Assembly: GCA_964187785.1 (NCBI GenBank)
Contig: OZ076409.1
Coordinates: 27,344,001 to 27,408,000 of the forward strand
DNA from: Amphiscolops sp. MND2022
Lineage: Eukaryota
DNA length: 64,000 nucleotides
Reading direction: 5' to 3'
The position numbers were made by a program, and so were the translations under genes. Shown piece by piece: positions 60,362 to 64,000 of this stretch (within the stretch, counting starts at the first letter, position 1; the number at the start of each line of letters is the position of its first letter). The notes below the pieces were generated by a model, which worked only from the letters and a program-made list of their open reading frames with translations, was not told where the DNA came from and searched no databases.

Positions 60362-61192
60362 TTAAAGGGATTGTGCTGGGTAGGGCTTTTCGATAGTCAT
60401 TGCAAATAGAATACATGTTGCTATCACAGGCGCCTGGGACACTCCCCCTGGGATTAGCATGAAGCAGCCCACCTTCATCCCTTCTAGGAACGCTAGTCTT
60501 CTGGCATTAAATTGCTCTGGAGATTCCCCCCGAACGGCCGTCTTGTGAAGGTAGTCGATCACTGCTTCATCTTGAATCTGTTCAACAGATTTTCCGCAAA
60601 TGAGGCAGTCTGTGCAGCCCGTGATGTAATGGTTGTTATCGCCGCTTGGTCCTTCAAAGTAGTTTCCACTCGGACATTGTTCCCTTTTGCCCGTAGAAGA
60701 TTCTGTGACTGTTCTCCAGTCGCCTGTAGGGTATTTATCCACTGCGGGGGGCGACATTGATGTGTCCACCATCGGGATTAATTAGCTGCAAATTCTGATC
60801 GGGTGGCCGTTTCTGAGACTTGAGTCTCTTGCAACTGGCCCTCTCCCCATCCCTAGGTCGGAGTATCCAGCGTCGAACATAGGTCCGGGGATGTATGAAA
60901 GCCTGGGGGTCCCTGCACGATTTTCCCCTCGTTGATTTGAGCAAGAGGGCACTGGGATGCTCTCTGAGGCCGTTGGGAGTTCCATTTACCTTTCTATGCA
61001 TTCAGCTAGTAGGGCCTCTTCATCATCGTCGGACAGAGAGTCCAGTTCGTCCACTGACGCGCTGCTCGCACATTCCATCTCGTCGTCGCTGGATATATAG
61101 ATTATCCCGTCTCCCGGGGCTGCTCCCTGAAAATTTTCTGGGTAGAATTCAGGAGACTCCGAGTCAACATGGCTTGATAGAAACTTGCCCAT
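60362..61192 (-). pseudogene. ~276-codon reading frame of unknown function with two in-frame stops
   Basis: ORFs 60986..61192, 60782..60985 and 60362..60772 share one frame: MGKFLSS..., acidic tract, C..C..C (CTDCLICGK) followed by helices. Confidence 0.6.
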
Positions 61193-62447
61193 TATTATTT
61201 TCCTTGCAATTTTTGAAGAAATCTACAAACTTTGAGTTTTGATTTTGATAAGCAACTGGTTGTCGAGAATGATTGTGAAACAATGGCGATCTTCCCCTCT
61301 GTCGACTTGCGGGAGTTTCCCGTTTCAGTTTCCCGGGGTTTTGCGTTTCCCCCGAAGGATAAATATTCAATAACAAATTCCATCTTGGTAATGTTTTTCA
61401 ACTATCCGCCTTCTCTTCTTTGATAACGCCGATTACGGCCTTGTTGGCTTACATCAGTTATGTCAACACTCCCATATTAAGAGTGTCGCTTCAAGTATTT
61501 ATTAACACTCATCAAGCACTTGAGGGTTTCAAGAGGGTGAAGCTATGGCAGTCAGTCACGCCGTCCACCATCAATCTGATCAACCAATAGGAATGCAGCA
61601 AATTTTCTTCCAAGTTAAAATGGCTTCCCAAGGTCGTAAATCCATATAAAGAATAATATAAAATGACCTTGAAAGTAAGTGAAAATATGATAAAATCATG
61701 AAATAATTCTTAAAAATAACGAAGATTTCGAAATAAACAAAATGATGTAGATATCGCTGGCAGACTTTATCCACATAATGCCGTAAATTGTAAATAGCAA
61801 CAAATTCGACACCAAACTGTATAGCCACGAACTCCAATCTTGACATCTTGTCACATAACCGATTCGCCTTTCAATTCTTTATCACTCATTTTTTCTCATA
61901 TTACTCTTTCCGTCGTATTATCCAGTATTTAATCAACTTTAGTCTTTCAGACTTTGAGTCCTATTTATTCACATTTATTTGAAGCTTTCTTTGTATCATC
62001 TCCTTGAGACATCCCGTGTATTCCTCATCGCCTCTGTGGATTTCCTTGGTCTGGCCGTGGACAATCGACACTGAGTCCCCCTTTTGCAGTTCCAGCCGCC
62101 TTCAACATTTCTTTCCTTCTTCAAAGAAGATTCTGTTCTTCAGTGATTCCAGACAGTGAGACATCCTGTCCAAATTCCTTTGGCTATCCTTCCTTGCTGC
62201 AACACGCTTCTTCCAATTTGAAAATCGACACAGGTCAGTAGTTCTCAGGGTTTTTCCTTACATTTTTATTTGATAAGGAACTAAATCGAGGCTTGATCAG
62301 GGCTCTCTCTTCGTTCACGTACTTCCTGTCCTTAAACACAAGAATTCACTTGAGTTCAAAAAATCTACTTTCGGAAGAACTTTTAACGCGGTAATGGACT
62401 CTTTCTCAGGTAGTTTTCCGCTTGAGATAATCGCTTTCTATTCAGAC

Positions 62448-64000
62448 ATGTCGTCCGAAGATCGTAATGAAGCCACTCCTGAGTTTACTGCTGAGACGCA
62501 AGTAGAAGAAAGCGTGGCACAAACACTCATGGAACCAGAAGCTGGGCAAAGTAGTGAAACCCGTGTCGATGCAGCACCAACAGCATCCAATAAGCCAGAA
62601 GGGACAGAGGGTGGTACAGTCAGGGTCAAACCGACCTCCAGTCCGTCCACCGATGAGAGTATCTCCGCTTACATTGAGCGCACCCTGCAGACACCTGACT
62701 GTCAATGAACAGGACTTGACATCACTTTCCTTCCTCCTACTGATCCTGTTAGCAATGTAGAGACACAGGAACTAGAAACAGAGAAAGCCTCCGAATCTGA
62801 CCCTATTCCACAAGTTGCCGCTGACCAGGGAGGAAAAGCATCAGTTGAAGGAGAGTCAGACCGACAGACCGACGTCAATAGTGAAGCCGGATTTTCCACC
62901 ACAAAAGTGGAGTATTTCCAAACGGACACCAGCGAAGTGGAGGAACTTTTGGACAGCTCCGGGGCGGAGACTGCTAAAGATCCGCCAATTTGATCCCCCT
63001 CGATGATATGAGTACCGCTGAGACAGAAGTTTCCAAAGAGGCCGAACACACTCCCACAGGAGGGATTGCAGACTCGAAATTGCTCTTTCCAAGTCGGCCA
63101 TTATCTGCTTCTGCACGGACATTGATTAACCAGCATTTTGCTGAAACCAACCCCAGCATCTTACCAGTAGGCCATTCGACAGTGGCATTCAACCAGGGCC
63201 AGGTCCTTTCTACCCTGTGGGCCGTCTCCAGTGAGACTCTGATCTCATCAGTGCACCTGATGAAGAATATGCTAGAGGAAGCCATGAAGGTAGGGGTGCG
63301 CACTCAGAGCAGTTCGCAAGGAACTAGCCGCCCGATAATCAAATGCATTCGAAAGCAGTCCGAAGGGTCTGAAGCAAGCGGACTGGACAGTGACCCTGGC
63401 ACAGAAGGGTACATAAGCGGTGCTCTCAGCTCTGATGACGAGTTTGTCGTCAATTCGCAGAAGAGGACTCGGGAAATCATAATCACGAGGCCCGGCAGTC
63501 CATCCAGCCAAGCCACAACCACAGCTTCAATTCCGTCTACCAGTCATCAGGTCCCCAGTCCAGGATATTGCGCTACAGACTATGATCCCTTGTCAAATTT
63601 GGCTGTAGATCGATCGCCAAACACCAGTACTCCACGCAAACGCCGCCGCCTCGAGAGCCGATTTGGAAAAAATCATGGAGGAGGCCTATTTCAAGGGCAT
63701 AAAATGGACCCGAACCTTCGCGACTGGCCCACTAGACCCGGAACACAACAAGCATAAATTTTATTGCCAGATTTGTAAGACGGATGTCTCAATCTGTTCA
63801 AAAGGTGCCCGGGAGATTGTTCGACACTTCCAAAGCAGGTCTCACTTTCGCAAAGATCAGCGTTGGAGATTCGAATATCAGAAGAATAGAGACAGGGTCA
63901 CTGGCCGAGAAGTCCATGAGGTCCGAGGGAAGAACGGACAAGTGCTCACGCCTCTAGAACTTGAGAGGGAGAAGCCCATTTTCATGAAGTCAACCTTAGT
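62448..64000 (+). pseudogene. Long ORF with acidic disordered N-terminus, NLS-like motif and CCHH zinc finger (probable transposase-like gene), running off the window
   Basis: ATG 62448 after acceptor ttctattcag; in-frame TGA at 62706; frameshifts at ~62990 and in the A6 run at 63667-63672; PRKRRRL; then FYCQICKTDVSICSKGAREIVRHFQSRSH, open to 64000. Confidence 0.65.

Overview
AT-rich, intron-containing eukaryotic DNA, most likely from an invertebrate animal (inference; the organism cannot be fixed from the sequence). It is dominated by nested, mostly decayed transposable elements and has a 200-N gap at 3148-3347. One intact host gene can be rebuilt by hand from five GT-AG coding exons on the + strand (19342-19458, 27472-27664, 43019-43377, 44012-44227, 45668-46651; 1869 nt, 622 aa). 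It encodes an N-terminal C2 domain, a ~400-aa uninterrupted Asn-rich heptad coiled coil and a C-terminal EF-hand pair, an architecture I cannot assign to a known family. Around and inside this gene lie a Copia element whose 3' LTR is split by an RLE-type retroposon, a Mag-like Gypsy element, Jockey/I-like and CR1-like LINEs, hAT-like transposase relics, CCC...GGG 2-bp-TSD MITEs, Helentron/HINE-like repeats carrying tRNA-like cassettes, and several loop-less palindromes. The window ends in a head-to-head pair of lightly damaged ORFs, one with a CCHH zinc finger, that probably belongs to an uncharacterised large transposon.
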